Of a stretch of DNA of 64,000 nucleotides, positions 1 through 10,813 are shown one piece after another. Location: positions 64,001-128,000 of IMG/VR virus record IMGVR_UViG_3300033076_000375, one strand, 5' to 3'. Position numbers and translations under genes: made by a program. Positions within the stretch are counted from its first letter, which is position 1. Every line of letters starts with the position of its first letter. Below the pieces are notes generated by a model. That model was not told where the DNA came from and ran no database searches. It was given only the letters and a program-made list of their open reading frames with translations. This DNA comes from a virus. Lineage: Duplodnaviria; Caudoviricetes.

Positions 1-1275
1 CTTGCCTAGAATATTATTTACGTTGATGAAAGAACTATCTTCACGGTCAACAATTCTAATGACACCGTATATTTCAGAATTCTCGCCATGCTGATAGTAG
101 TAAGTATCACACGGTGCAGTGACGAAGGGTGCTAGTATAATTTCACCATATTCGTTTTTCACGAAATCACGCCCATTGTACTGAGTACCATATTTGATTT
201 TCATCAACGCATTGATTGGTAGAGGGTCAGCTTCAACCATCTCGATGAATTGACCATTAACAGGGTCACCCACATAAACAATTCTAAACACATGAGCAGA
301 GAGTCTAGAGAAGGCAGTTTCATCAAAACTAGTATTATCAAATTCTTCACCTGTAGTGTCGAACAACTTTGTAATATTACCTGTATCTGTTATGTCATGA
401 CCATAGAACAATACAGTTTTGCCATCCAAGTCAGTGATGCCATCAATAGAAACGGAACCAGCTGGCTTTGAATGAATATCATTAAAGTTCAAAGTAGTAA
501 CTAAATCGATATCAATACCTCTGCTCAATTCCCAATCTGCTTGGGCATTTGCTGCTGGCACTTCGAATTTAATAGTACCGGTTGATACACCATTGTTTTG
601 CAAACCAAAAATGTCACGGGTACTGATGTTAGGTCTACTTTCAAAATGACCAGAAACACCTTTTGCCATTTGGATGTAGAACGGTGAATCTTGTGACACG
701 TTAAAGTAATATGTTCCACCACGTACCAGTGTTAATTCAGGGTTATGGTCGCCGATTAGTTCATTTTTTGCACTAACAGAAAATGCCAACGGTGATGATG
801 TAATAGTGTAAGCGATACTTTTAGTCAATAAAGTGTTCGAAACTGTGACTGCTTCAGGACCTCCTGGTAACCAGTAATATTGGCTGTAATTGACTAACTT
901 ATCTAAATCACAAAAGCTATCAAATGAATAGAATTGGTTTGAGAATAATTTTGATTCTGGTGCGACACTTCCTGCAAGGTGCAACGCATCAGTCAACTCA
1001 GGATATGTCATCACATCTAACGGGATGTTAGTGGCTTTCTTTTTAAATACAACTGCCGGATTGAGTTGATAATTAGAACGTTTCTGTGTAGGCTCGGTTA
1101 AGTACTTGTCAGAAGAACCAACACCGTAACCAAATTTACTACCAACATAGCCCTGTAGTTTTTGAACTTTCGGGGCTTGTGCTAAAGTATCTAATGTAGA
1201 AGTAAGGAATTCTTCATTTGATTTTGTTCTAAAGATTTCTGGCAAGAAATCAAGTGTTCTAACTCTGTTTGTCAT
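1..1275 (-). CDS. Large baseplate wedge-associated structural protein (5' part; runs off the window edge)
   Basis: ATG at 1275 reads MTNRVRTLDFLPEIFRTKSNEEFLTSTLD..., and the frame appears open to base 1. It is absent from the ORF track, consistent with there being no stop inside the window. It lies directly downstream of the gp6-like gene. Confidence 0.7.
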   Translation of the reverse strand, partial: MTNRVRTLDFLPEIFRTKSNEEFLTSTLDTLAQAPKVQKLQGYVGSKFGYGVGSSDKYLTEPTQKRSNYQLNPAVVFKKKATNIPLDVMTYPELTDALHLAGSVAPESKLFSNQFYSFDSFCDLDKLVNYSQYYWLPGGPEAVTVSNTLLTKSIAYTITSSPLAFSVSAKNELIGDHNPELTLVRGGTYYFNVSQDSPFYIQMAKGVSGHFESRPNISTRDIFGLQNNGVSTGTIKFEVPAANAQADWELSRGIDIDLVTTLNFNDIHSKPAGSVSIDGITDLDGKTVLFYGHDITDTGNITKLFDTTGEEFDNTSFDETAFSRLSAHVFRIVYVGDPVNGQFIEMVEADPLPINALMKIKYGTQYNGRDFVKNEYGEIILAPFVTAPCDTYYYQHGENSEIYGVIRIVDREDSSFINVNNILGK

Positions 1276-1280
1276 TACTT

Positions 1281-1288
1281 TATTTACC
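1281..1288 (-). promoter_or_regulatory. Late promoter GGTAAATA (T4 TATAAATA-like)
   Basis: TAAATA core 5 nt upstream of the ATG at 1275. Confidence 0.55.
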
Positions 1289-1295
1289 TATTTTT

Positions 1296-4200
1296 TTAAC
1301 CTGCAATTTGTAATGCTGCGGCTGTTAACGCAGAGATTACAACGATGTCACTAGCTTGTGCAGCACTAGTAAAAATCTCATATGGTGCGCTCTTAATTTC
1401 ATATAAGTCACCAAAAGACATTGATGGGTCAACTGGTACTAAAACCGCTGAACTAATCAAGTCACCTAAAACTGAGTGTAGGTATGCACTCAATTCACTA
1501 AAATAAAAGGTGTCGCCGAAGTCCCAGTTATCAATGCTGAAGTAGTTGTTCATTTCTGTAATAATAGCGGATCTAATCTCACTATCACTAGCATTTGTTG
1601 TGCTTGACTTAATTACCTTGATTGTTGCACGTAATGAAGTTTCAGCTTTGCTACCGAAAAGTGGTTTGAATCTTACACTATTTAATATCACACTATCCGT
1701 CAACATTTTATAGTCGTTGACTTTGTTATATGCCTCAGATAGTTCTGCGATAGTAGGTCTTAATGGCTCTGTGATTGTACCTGTGGTATCGTTCAACCAG
1801 TTATTATATCTGGTTAAGTAATCTTGTGTTACCAAGTACATGTCAATAATAGTAGACGTTGATGGGTCAACTCTATGTGAATCCCCAGAGATATGTTTAT
1901 ATTGGAAGTACAAACCTTGTCTACCTATCTTAACTGAGTAGTTTGATAGTAACTCTAAGTTCACGATGTTTTCTGCTGTCGTGTCATTGACTGATTGATA
2001 GAATTTGTTTTCTAGTACAGCGTAAAAAATTTGTCCAACTGGATATTCATATTTCACGATTGCAATATCAGATTGAGTGCCGTAATTGTGTACAACTGAA
2101 GAAGTTGGTACTAATTCTACACGAGTCAATCGATTCACATCGGTTACTATCTTAAAGAATGTAAAGTGCGCAGTGTTGCGAGTACTAAATTGGTATCCTG
2201 TCACTTGAGTAAAGAAGTCAGGATCTTTGAATTTATTGTTAGTAGTAATATCACCCAAAGAAACTTCAACACTAAAGTCATCAACGTATCCATCTGTCTC
2301 TGTTGTTTGACCAACAACATTCATTGAAATATCACGTGCTAGTGGATAATTATTTCCAAACTGTGAGTTGGTCTTCAAGACTGTAATAGTATCTTGTGCT
2401 ACTTTGCTAGTAATAGGATCGTACACTGAACGATTGCGTTCGAACGTAAATCTAATATCAGCAACGCTACCGAAATAGAATGTCAAGGATCTATACGACA
2501 CAATGTACTTACCGTAACCCAAGCATCTAAAACGTACAAAATAACCAGTTGAGTTGTATGAATCAATCATCCAACGCTCTTGCGTTGCTAACAATGTATT
2601 ATCATAGACTAGAGAAAAATCACGAGATAATGTAATATTGTTTACGATTTCTTGCATGAACCCAGAACTAAATTCGTTTGTGAACGACGGGATGACCGTA
2701 TCTAAAATTGCTCCGTCAGGTATATAGTTGGTCAATGTGATAGGTCCCATTCCTGTAGGTAAGTTACCAACACCACTGTTCGATCCATCACCTATTACGG
2801 TTGCAACTGAAGTCCATGCGTATGTGATGTCGCTAGGTCCAGGGATACCTGATACTAGTTTATTATTTGAATTAAAATACTTACCTGTCGGTGCAACAAA
2901 CTTAATCATTGACCCTGCAGTCAGGTATTTAATATTATTACCTGCTGAGGGTCCCACTGATACAGGTGAATTACCAGCATTATAAAAATAACCAGTACTT
3001 GATTCAGAACTAAAGGCTGTTTGATTCCAATAGATTACCCCATCACCTGTGCCTGCGTTGATGCTAAAACGTGTGTAGGCTTGTGAATAATATTGGTACG
3101 CACGATGTCCGCCTAACTCTGATGCTAGTTTACGAGTTAAGAAGTTGATAATGTCATTTGTGGTTGATGCAGTAAACGAAATAAAGTCATCATTGATATC
3201 CAAATACAATCCACCGTCTTCAGCAAAGTCATTTGTGCTCGAATATTTACCAGTCGGATCAGCTAAGTCAAAATTGCGACTTACACCTACGCTTGTTCTA
3301 TTAATAGCTTTTGATTTGACAATCGAGTTAAACATTGTGAACGGGAAGTTGTTATAATCTTCACCGTTGACCATACGATTTTGTGTGTAGAAACGCTGAG
3401 GAGCACGAATCTTAATGTCTGTTAGAGTTTCACGTGCTTGGGCTGTTGCATTTGGCAACATTAATTCTAATGATAAGGTTAACTTTTCAATTCTATTGTT
3501 TTTGCTGATATATGATATAGTTACAGTTGTGCCTTGCATTTCGCTAGGGTCGATTACATATGACAAACCGTTACTTGTTCTAACATAAGTTGCAAAATTA
3601 CCCACTGGCATCTCACCGAACACACCGTCACCGAAGTTACATGTAATTTGGTCGTTATATCCTGAAGTGACGCTGAATAGTTTTTTAGTTGAAGATGTGG
3701 ATTGACTAGCGAATACGCTTTCAACTTTCTTCCACTCAGTTGGTAACAATGTGATTGGATCATATTCATATAACCATACATCATCATTGTTGATACCTTG
3801 AATAGTTACATCAATGTTTTGATTCTCAACTTGAGTATCAAAAGCAAATGGGAATTGTTGTAGTGAACCTTGTTTGAAATAAACAAAGAATCCTGTGTTG
3901 CTACTACTAAATCCTAATTTGTCATTTCTATACAAAATGTTAAAAACAGAGCTTGATCCGGGTGAAATTTCATATAGTTTATCTGACCCAACACTAGTCA
4001 TGCTAACACACTCGAATGGCATATTATTACCATCAACAACTGCACCGAAGGGGGCAGTTGGTGTTGCATTTGCGGGGATTCGCATTGAGTATTCGTCTGT
4101 CTTGATTTCTAAAATGTTGGCAGAATGCCCAGGTCGACCAACACGTTGTCCGTCAACTAATGCGGCGTTGATAATTGCATTGAATTGTTCTTGCCAATTT

Positions 4201-4649
4201 ACATTTGAGGCATCGTTCCATAATACAGTAACGTTATTCAATGAAAAGTTGTTAACGTCTTTGATTTGTTCTGTTGTAGAGATTGCAGTAATCTTCAAGT
4301 ATCCATGACTAGCAGTGTTACGCTTAGGTGTGTACCCAACTAGTTTAGCTAACTTGACTACGGAGTCACGGCGCTCGGCAGTGTCGATGAAGTTTTCACG
4401 GGTGTTCAAGTCGTTACGGAATGCAAGACCTTGACCCATGAATGCGATAACATCTAATAAAGCAACATATTCTGAACTCTCAACATAGTCATTGAATGTT
4501 TCAGGATAGTTAGTACGTAGATAATCGACCATCGATTTTCTAAGAGTTTCGTAGTCGTAGCTTTGGAAGTCTGCTTGACTATAATTCTTATAGATTGATT
4601 TCCAATCGTTTATGCCGAATAAAGATGTTTGTCTTGAACTGTTAGCCAT
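1296..4649 (-). CDS. gp6: Baseplate wedge subunit, T4 gp6-like
   Basis: Motifs DYETLRKSMVDYLR..FNDY.ESS..LLDVIAF, E.FIDTAERR.SV..LAKLVGY.P and ETL.DIK.RAP..FYTQNRMV..EDY are typical of gp6/baseplate-J proteins. Adjacent to gp25. Confidence 0.85.
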   Translation of the reverse strand: MANSSRQTSLFGINDWKSIYKNYSQADFQSYDYETLRKSMVDYLRTNYPETFNDYVESSEYVALLDVIAFMGQGLAFRNDLNTRENFIDTAERRDSVVKLAKLVGYTPKRNTASHGYLKITAISTTEQIKDVNNFSLNNVTVLWNDASNVNWQEQFNAIINAALVDGQRVGRPGHSANILEIKTDEYSMRIPANATPTAPFGAVVDGNNMPFECVSMTSVGSDKLYEISPGSSSVFNILYRNDKLGFSSSNTGFFVYFKQGSLQQFPFAFDTQVENQNIDVTIQGINNDDVWLYEYDPITLLPTEWKKVESVFASQSTSSTKKLFSVTSGYNDQITCNFGDGVFGEMPVGNFATYVRTSNGLSYVIDPSEMQGTTVTISYISKNNRIEKLTLSLELMLPNATAQARETLTDIKIRAPQRFYTQNRMVNGEDYNNFPFTMFNSIVKSKAINRTSVGVSRNFDLADPTGKYSSTNDFAEDGGLYLDINDDFISFTASTTNDIINFLTRKLASELGGHRAYQYYSQAYTRFSINAGTGDGVIYWNQTAFSSESSTGYFYNAGNSPVSVGPSAGNNIKYLTAGSMIKFVAPTGKYFNSNNKLVSGIPGPSDITYAWTSVATVIGDGSNSGVGNLPTGMGPITLTNYIPDGAILDTVIPSFTNEFSSGFMQEIVNNITLSRDFSLVYDNTLLATQERWMIDSYNSTGYFVRFRCLGYGKYIVSYRSLTFYFGSVADIRFTFERNRSVYDPITSKVAQDTITVLKTNSQFGNNYPLARDISMNVVGQTTETDGYVDDFSVEVSLGDITTNNKFKDPDFFTQVTGYQFSTRNTAHFTFFKIVTDVNRLTRVELVPTSSVVHNYGTQSDIAIVKYEYPVGQIFYAVLENKFYQSVNDTTAENIVNLELLSNYSVKIGRQGLYFQYKHISGDSHRVDPSTSTIIDMYLVTQDYLTRYNNWLNDTTGTITEPLRPTIAELSEAYNKVNDYKMLTDSVILNSVRFKPLFGSKAETSLRATIKVIKSSTTNASDSEIRSAIITEMNNYFSIDNWDFGDTFYFSELSAYLHSVLGDLISSAVLVPVDPSMSFGDLYEIKSAPYEIFTSAAQASDIVVISALTAAALQIAG

Positions 4650-4670
4650 AGTTGTATGCTCTCTTTATAG

Positions 4671-4678
4671 TATTTATC
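4671..4678 (-). promoter_or_regulatory. Late promoter GATAAATA
   Basis: Intergenic, upstream of the gp6-like gene. Confidence 0.6.
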
Positions 4679-4698
4679 ATACCAAAAAAGTGCTTTTT

Positions 4699-5148
4699 TT
4701 AGCTGTTGACGGTGGCTTTTCCTGTAGTTTGGTCGAATATAATTTGCAATAACTGTACGTCATCGAAAGCATTGATATACAGTTGCATCTCAACTGCAAT
4801 TCCGGTATCCATAGCATATATGTTAACTTGAGTTAGTGTTATTCTAGGATCCATTGAGGCTAGTCTAACCAATTCTTCCTCAATTTTTGCAGAAGTAGTT
4901 GAGTCGTTTGGTTCAAAAATATATTGCCAAATCGTTGTGCCATAGCCAGGATTTCCCGGTTTTGACCCTTGCGGAATATTCAATGCGTTGACAAAATCTC
5001 GGACGACCAACTCTCTGTCAGTTAGTCTAAACTTCCTACCGGACGTTGTTTTGGGTCCAACTGAGATGAATCCTGATGTACCTTGTGGTTGTGCTGCAGG
5101 TTTGATTGCATCTGCATTTTGTGTGTTGAAACCAAAGAATGTTGCCAT
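4699..5148 (-). CDS. gp25: Baseplate wedge subunit, gp25-like
   Basis: Motif N.L.IPQG.KPG.P.YGT.IW.YIFEP...DPRI (GPW/gp25 family) and a size of 149 aa. Confidence 0.85.
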   Translation of the reverse strand: MATFFGFNTQNADAIKPAAQPQGTSGFISVGPKTTSGRKFRLTDRELVVRDFVNALNIPQGSKPGNPGYGTTIWQYIFEPNDSTTSAKIEEELVRLASMDPRITLTQVNIYAMDTGIAVEMQLYINAFDDVQLLQIIFDQTTGKATVNS

Positions 5149-5153
5149 AATGA

Positions 5154-5161
5154 TATTTATC
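5154..5161 (-). promoter_or_regulatory. Late promoter GATAAATA
   Basis: Exactly 5 nt (TCATT) upstream of the gp25 ATG. Confidence 0.65.
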
Positions 5162-8100
5162 TTAGCCTATTTTGTCCATATCCGCAAGAGCTTGTTTATA
5201 CTCAGCGTATGCCGCTACTGTTGCTGGATCACTTCTGCTTCCTGTTGATTCCAGAGATGCCTCATATGCTTTCTGAGTATCTTTAACTTTATCGGCTGCG
5301 GCTCTACGTTGTTTACTTAATTCAACCAATGATGCAGTATCTACAGGAGGTGCAGAATCACCAAACTTCAATGCTGGAATCTTAGGATCACCTAGCAATT
5401 CTTTACTCTTAGCTGCGATAGCGCCTGCATCAAAACCACCTTCAGATACTGTAGGTAACTTAATACCCAATCCTCCGCCTGTACCCAATGAGCCGATAGC
5501 GCCCTTGAGTTTAGCTGCAGGATCTGAACCTAACATAGATAGTGCTTGACCAGCAAGACTGTTACTGCCCAGTGCTGCCTTAGCCATTCCCACAGCACTA
5601 TTGATAGAACTACTTGAAGTTGAACTCACTAGATTTTTAATAGATGACCCAATCGAATCTAATCCAGGTACATCCATCTTACCACTAGTCAAGCTGTTTG
5701 TCAAGCCATCAGATGATCCAGTTGACGACAACATATTTGTTCCCTTAGATAGCAATGAAGATGCAGAGTCGCCCAACTTAGATGCTGTTGTCATTAACCC
5801 CTTAGCAGAATCTAATGCACCTTTAACATCGTTCGGTAACATACCACCTAAACTTGTAGTTGCTTTATTGAGTGCAGCCATTGGATTAAAGTCACTCGCT
5901 GCCTTCTTAGCAGAATCGAGCAATCCACCGGCAGACGCATCAGCCGCATCATTCTTTAATTTTTCGGCTGATAAACTTACTGGCTCACCTGCTTTGAAAT
6001 CTTTAAATTTAGCAGTCACTGAGGCAAACGCAGACTCTGCTGAATCTTTCAACGAAGATAAACCATCTTTCAATTTATCACCCAAGCCACTTAGACCTGA
6101 CAATGCTTTATCAGCTAACCCAGTAGCGAAATTACCACCGGCAATTTGTTTACCGATATCACCACCTAATGGATTAGGAATCTTAGAAGCGTCAAGTCCC
6201 AAGCCTGTTGGCATACTCGGTAAACTGAATCCAGATGGAGTAGCACCTTTGACAAAATCCATTGTTGCTTTCAATCCAGATGTAGCAGTTGCCATAATCA
6301 AACCACCCGTTTGAGTTGGGCTTTCTTTACCTGAAATTAATCCAGATTGTTTCAATAAACTTTCACCCTTAGCAAGTAACGATGAAGCCGCACCGACTTG
6401 AGCAGTAGTACTCTTAACAAAATCAGATGTATTGTTAACTCCGTCTTTGCCAGTGAACAAGTTTGGTGTCAATGCTTGCTCGATTGATTTGCCACTTGCA
6501 ACAGCAGCGGTGACTGCTGCCCCAGCACCTGGCTTCAATGTACCTGCATCTTCCATTTGTTGCGGTGTCATTGCAAGTTGACCAACTGCTGCGGTTTGTT
6601 CTCCAGTGGGGGCTGTTACAACTTTTGCACCTTCTTTAACTGCATCGGCTGCAGGTCCAGTTGCCGCATTAACAGACATCTGTGATACCATTGTTGTGGT
6701 GCTTGCTTTGTCTAATGTAGGTGAGGCTGCTGGTGATGCTGGCACTGAAGCAGCCAGTGCAGGACTTGTTGTTTTATCAGGAGCTGCCGGTGCCGTTGCG
6801 TTAGCTGCCGCTACTGCAGGAGCAGGAGATGCAGGGAAGTTAGCTGCCGCATCTAAATTGACTTTAACATCAACACCTTTGCCTGCGCCATCCCATGGAC
6901 TATGTGCAGGTGCTCTGCTTGTGATACTTGCGAGTTTACCCGGAGCTGCTGCATAACCCTTAGCCGAATCATTTAATGTATCGCTATGTTTTGTTTCTTT
7001 TAATGGTGTAACATCAGCCGGAGTCAATGGCATACTACCAGTGTTCAGATTAACTTTTGCACCGGTAATGTAAGCATCGCCGCCGGCAGTCATGCCAGCA
7101 TTGCTGCCTGCTTTAACTGCAAATTGCGATTCAACTTTGATTGAATGATTTGCTTTTACTTGCTGTTTCAAATCAGCACCAACAAGTTGTGTTGTTTCTT
7201 TTGTACTTTCAAAACGCATATTCTCAGCACGAATGTTCAAGTCTTTAGTTGCGTTGATATTGATGTTATTATCTGCGTGAAGGTTTAAATCACCCATTGT
7301 TCTAACGTTGACTGAGTTAGTTGAGTACATATCGATTGTACCTTCTTTACCCAACTCAATATAACTTTGTCCGTTAGCGTGAATAATGAACAATGTACCG
7401 GCACTGTCATTCATCATAACCATGTGCCCTGATGATGTGCGTAATCTCAATAACTGGTCCCTACCTTGCAAATCACCATCATCCATAACGAATGAGTGAC
7501 CGCCCAAACGACCTGTCACTTTGAAATTACTATCAGGTGCCGATGTGTCTTTAACTGCGTCTTTGATTGAATTATCATCGTAGCCACCACCGTAGATAGG
7601 ACGTCCGGGTGTACTCATACCAAATACACGACTAGGTGTTTCACGTGTTGAGCTTGAACCAATAGTACCTCTATCAGGATCTCTTAATAAGCCTTGTTTG
7701 TTTAAGATAGCCGCTTGATAACTATGAATAGGTCTAGGTTGATTCGACAAATCAGGAGATCCTGATTGTTTATCATTTGCGTTATTGAACTCGGCAACCG
7801 GTAGTCTAGTGGCGCCGCCATAACTTTTTGATTCGGGTCCATTAGCGATGATGTTGTCAGTTGCACCGATAGCAGGAACCATGTGGTTCAATCCTGTCTT
7901 AGGTATTGAACCTATATAATAGCCGAAGTTAGGATCACCGTTTTCAAATACACAAAGAACTTCTGTACCTATATCAGGTGGGGTAGCCCAGAATCCATAA
8001 CTGTTAGGGTTACCTGAGTATGTTCCGTTTGAATCTTTACTGCCAGTGTTGGGTGTATATCCAAAGAAAGGACTCAAGTAGTTAACAGTAACCCAACTGT

Positions 8101-8278
8101 TTTTATCATCGGGGTTAGTTCCCTTGAACTTGTTAATGAAAACTTGAATTCTACCCGTGCGTGTTGAATCAATATTGTTTTTGACAATACCTTTAATAGG
8201 GGTGTTCAGTAGTACTTGACCACCGCCACCGTCTTTCATATTTGACGGGGCACCTTTACCTTGTAGTTCTTCTTCCAT
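5162..8278 (-). CDS. gp5: Baseplate hub/spike protein, gp5/VgrG-like, with a long low-complexity C-terminus
   Basis: N-terminal OB-fold signature (G.VKNN.D..R.GRIQV, PPDIGTEVLC.F..GD) and beta-helix-type segments (GH.F.MDD, LRTSSGH...MND, YIELGKEG.IDMYS), followed by an Ala/Gly/Ser-rich extension. Confidence 0.75.
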   Translation of the reverse strand: MEEELQGKGAPSNMKDGGGGQVLLNTPIKGIVKNNIDSTRTGRIQVFINKFKGTNPDDKNSWVTVNYLSPFFGYTPNTGSKDSNGTYSGNPNSYGFWATPPDIGTEVLCVFENGDPNFGYYIGSIPKTGLNHMVPAIGATDNIIANGPESKSYGGATRLPVAEFNNANDKQSGSPDLSNQPRPIHSYQAAILNKQGLLRDPDRGTIGSSSTRETPSRVFGMSTPGRPIYGGGYDDNSIKDAVKDTSAPDSNFKVTGRLGGHSFVMDDGDLQGRDQLLRLRTSSGHMVMMNDSAGTLFIIHANGQSYIELGKEGTIDMYSTNSVNVRTMGDLNLHADNNININATKDLNIRAENMRFESTKETTQLVGADLKQQVKANHSIKVESQFAVKAGSNAGMTAGGDAYITGAKVNLNTGSMPLTPADVTPLKETKHSDTLNDSAKGYAAAPGKLASITSRAPAHSPWDGAGKGVDVKVNLDAAANFPASPAPAVAAANATAPAAPDKTTSPALAASVPASPAASPTLDKASTTTMVSQMSVNAATGPAADAVKEGAKVVTAPTGEQTAAVGQLAMTPQQMEDAGTLKPGAGAAVTAAVASGKSIEQALTPNLFTGKDGVNNTSDFVKSTTAQVGAASSLLAKGESLLKQSGLISGKESPTQTGGLIMATATSGLKATMDFVKGATPSGFSLPSMPTGLGLDASKIPNPLGGDIGKQIAGGNFATGLADKALSGLSGLGDKLKDGLSSLKDSAESAFASVTAKFKDFKAGEPVSLSAEKLKNDAADASAGGLLDSAKKAASDFNPMAALNKATTSLGGMLPNDVKGALDSAKGLMTTASKLGDSASSLLSKGTNMLSSTGSSDGLTNSLTSGKMDVPGLDSIGSSIKNLVSSTSSSSINSAVGMAKAALGSNSLAGQALSMLGSDPAAKLKGAIGSLGTGGGLGIKLPTVSEGGFDAGAIAAKSKELLGDPKIPALKFGDSAPPVDTASLVELSKQRRAAADKVKDTQKAYEASLESTGSRSDPATVAAYAEYKQALADMDKIG

Positions 8279-8292
8279 TTATATTCTACCTG

Positions 8293-10812
8293 TTAATTTC
8301 GTTTAGGTAACAATGATTTCGAATCGATTCGAGCCATGTCTTTGTTGAACACTTGAGCCGCACTATTATAACCTTTACCCACAAGATTTTTATTTGCATT
8401 CTCATCTTCTGCTGTTACTACAGGAGCTAATATAGGTTTACCGTTATCATGCTTAGTAGGTCTAGGTAAGTCAAGTCGTCTAGGATCAATTTTTGAATAA
8501 GCAGACGTTGACCTTCCAGAAGTTATGTTACCCGGAGATTTGTTACTTGTTGCGGGTTCTCTTGTTTGTTGGTCAGCCATTTTAGTGACCTGATATTCTG
8601 TAGGCGGTAAAGTCATATTCTGAAATTCTTGGGTAAACATACCTTTGCTGAATTTACTTTTTACTCTAACTAAGCCAAATATCATTCTACCTTGTAGTTG
8701 CTTTTCCATTTCTTCATTGAACTTGACGAACTGGTAGTTAGACACTGGGTCCATCTTACCCGAAGAGTCAAAATCAATAACACTTCTTAAATCAATTTCA
8801 ATGTAAACCTGACCCATTAGAGGGTTTATCGGATCTTCTTCTGCTATAGATTTTGCTGACATTTCATCAAATGTTCCAAATGATGATGTCATCAGAAAAT
8901 CAGGGTCACCGTAAATTTTCATCTTTGCAGTTAGTTGCTCATCCGGGTTCATCAACCATGCTTTTAAAGACGCAACTTCTTCAGACGTACCTGGCATTTT
9001 ACCTGCAGTATCTTCCCCTGACGATGTTACTAATGCCATTGGAGCACTAGAACTATTCTGTATTTCACCTGTAGAATACATGCTACCAATAGATTTATAC
9101 AAATTGTTGAATGTAATATCAAATGATATCAGACCTTCATTTTTTCCAGTATACCAATAATTGTATATTTTGACAGGACCCTTATAGCCTGACCTATTAG
9201 GGAAATATTCACTTCGAACGAATGGAATCTCGTATCGTTTCACATAATAAGTGATTTCATATGCGTAAGAGTTCAGTCTATCGTCAAAGGCAGACAGATA
9301 TTTTACTTGTGGTACGATAACAAACCAAGCAAGTTCGTTTGGTTTTGCATTTTTTATAACCTCTGTATCACCTTCAGTTACTGGTTGCAATTCTTCCTTG
9401 TTTATGACTGACAAACAATCAGTGATATAAGTACTCTGGCTGATTACCTGTTCGATTGCTTGCATGATTCTAGTACCGGCAGGTATTTGAACCGCACGTT
9501 TGTTTTTAGAAACAGTTGAGGCTCCACCTTTGTTTGCTTCTCTTACATTGACTGCCCCTGGCAAACCATTCAATGGTGCCTGACTTGGTACATAGTGACC
9601 TTTGTCAACCATCAATGAATCGGCGATTCCGCTTGTATCTTCAAATACAATATTGAATTTGTTTGCAACACTTTTCTTTTTTGCCTTTACAAGTTCTTCT
9701 TCTTTTTTATTCAACAACTCAATTAAACTTGTAGGTCCATCTACTAAAATATCACCAACAGTTGAGCCAGACAAATTAAGGTTTTCTTGAATAGTAGAAG
9801 TCTGTTGACTTCTGCTTATTACTTCATTTACTAGTCTTGCCTTGATTGCATATCTGACTACTTTGTTGTCTAGCTTGGTGTGAAGTTCGGTTATATGAAT
9901 CGGAAATGAGCGAGTGAAAAGTCCAGGGTCTGTTATCTTATCTCCTGTCCCGGGTGCTGACGTGGGTGTTGATACTAAATTTCCTTTTTCATCATATCCA
10001 TAAAAAGAAACTGATAGCAAGTATATTTGATTTAATGCGACGGTGAGTTGCTTTGGATCTACGTTACCATATGAATTGCCAACCTTTTCACAGGCAACTG
10101 CCAATGACTTTAAAAATGTCATGCCATGAGCTTCAAAAATATCAAATTTTATTTCATCCGTACTCATAAATGAACCGTTAGTATCCTTACTTGACATTGA
10201 GTTTTCTATTTCTAAATTATCAATAAAGTAATCTAAGTCAAAGCCCGGTGCTCTAGTATTAGCCTCTGCGCCGGCAGATTGTGCTACTACAAACATACCA
10301 CTTTTATCCCAAACACCAGTGTCTAACTGTGCGGCATAGGCAGCTTGCGATATCATGTACAACGATATTCTATACGTATAACTAGAAAATTTACCTAACG
10401 GGTTATATGTTCTTCTACTTGCCTGCTTTGCTTTTTCTCGAGGAGCAGTTACAACTATTTCACCTACATCTTCAGCAGTAGTTTGTTTAGGTTTTGTTTT
10501 GGCAGGCGGTGGTGAACTGAGCAACTCTTTTTGATGTTTTAAATCAGCAAGTCTTGTTTCTAAATCTTTAATCGTTTGATTATATTCTTCGGTTTGCTTT
10601 TTAAGTTTCTCAATGTACGACTGGTTCATTTGATACTTTGGATCAATGTTTTTTAAACTTTGATTAGCAATACGTAATAGGTCTTTAGTTTTTGCCAGTT
10701 CTTTTTCTACCGATGCAATTTCTGTATCGATTGATGATGTTTGTTGTTTTGCTCCTGCGACACTGGTTAAATCTTCGTCCGGGACCCAGTCCCCCATTGC
10801 GTTATATCCCAT
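8293..10812 (-). CDS. Putative baseplate hub protein (gp27-like) with an N-terminal coiled coil
   Basis: Lies between the gp53- and gp5-like genes. C-terminal 'KIYGDPDFL' and 'V.SKFSKGMFTQ' motifs resemble hub proteins. Confidence 0.5.
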   Translation of the reverse strand: MGYNAMGDWVPDEDLTSVAGAKQQTSSIDTEIASVEKELAKTKDLLRIANQSLKNIDPKYQMNQSYIEKLKKQTEEYNQTIKDLETRLADLKHQKELLSSPPPAKTKPKQTTAEDVGEIVVTAPREKAKQASRRTYNPLGKFSSYTYRISLYMISQAAYAAQLDTGVWDKSGMFVVAQSAGAEANTRAPGFDLDYFIDNLEIENSMSSKDTNGSFMSTDEIKFDIFEAHGMTFLKSLAVACEKVGNSYGNVDPKQLTVALNQIYLLSVSFYGYDEKGNLVSTPTSAPGTGDKITDPGLFTRSFPIHITELHTKLDNKVVRYAIKARLVNEVISRSQQTSTIQENLNLSGSTVGDILVDGPTSLIELLNKKEEELVKAKKKSVANKFNIVFEDTSGIADSLMVDKGHYVPSQAPLNGLPGAVNVREANKGGASTVSKNKRAVQIPAGTRIMQAIEQVISQSTYITDCLSVINKEELQPVTEGDTEVIKNAKPNELAWFVIVPQVKYLSAFDDRLNSYAYEITYYVKRYEIPFVRSEYFPNRSGYKGPVKIYNYWYTGKNEGLISFDITFNNLYKSIGSMYSTGEIQNSSSAPMALVTSSGEDTAGKMPGTSEEVASLKAWLMNPDEQLTAKMKIYGDPDFLMTSSFGTFDEMSAKSIAEEDPINPLMGQVYIEIDLRSVIDFDSSGKMDPVSNYQFVKFNEEMEKQLQGRMIFGLVRVKSKFSKGMFTQEFQNMTLPPTEYQVTKMADQQTREPATSNKSPGNITSGRSTSAYSKIDPRRLDLPRPTKHDNGKPILAPVVTAEDENANKNLVGKGYNSAAQVFNKDMARIDSKSLLPKRN

Positions 10813-10813
10813 G

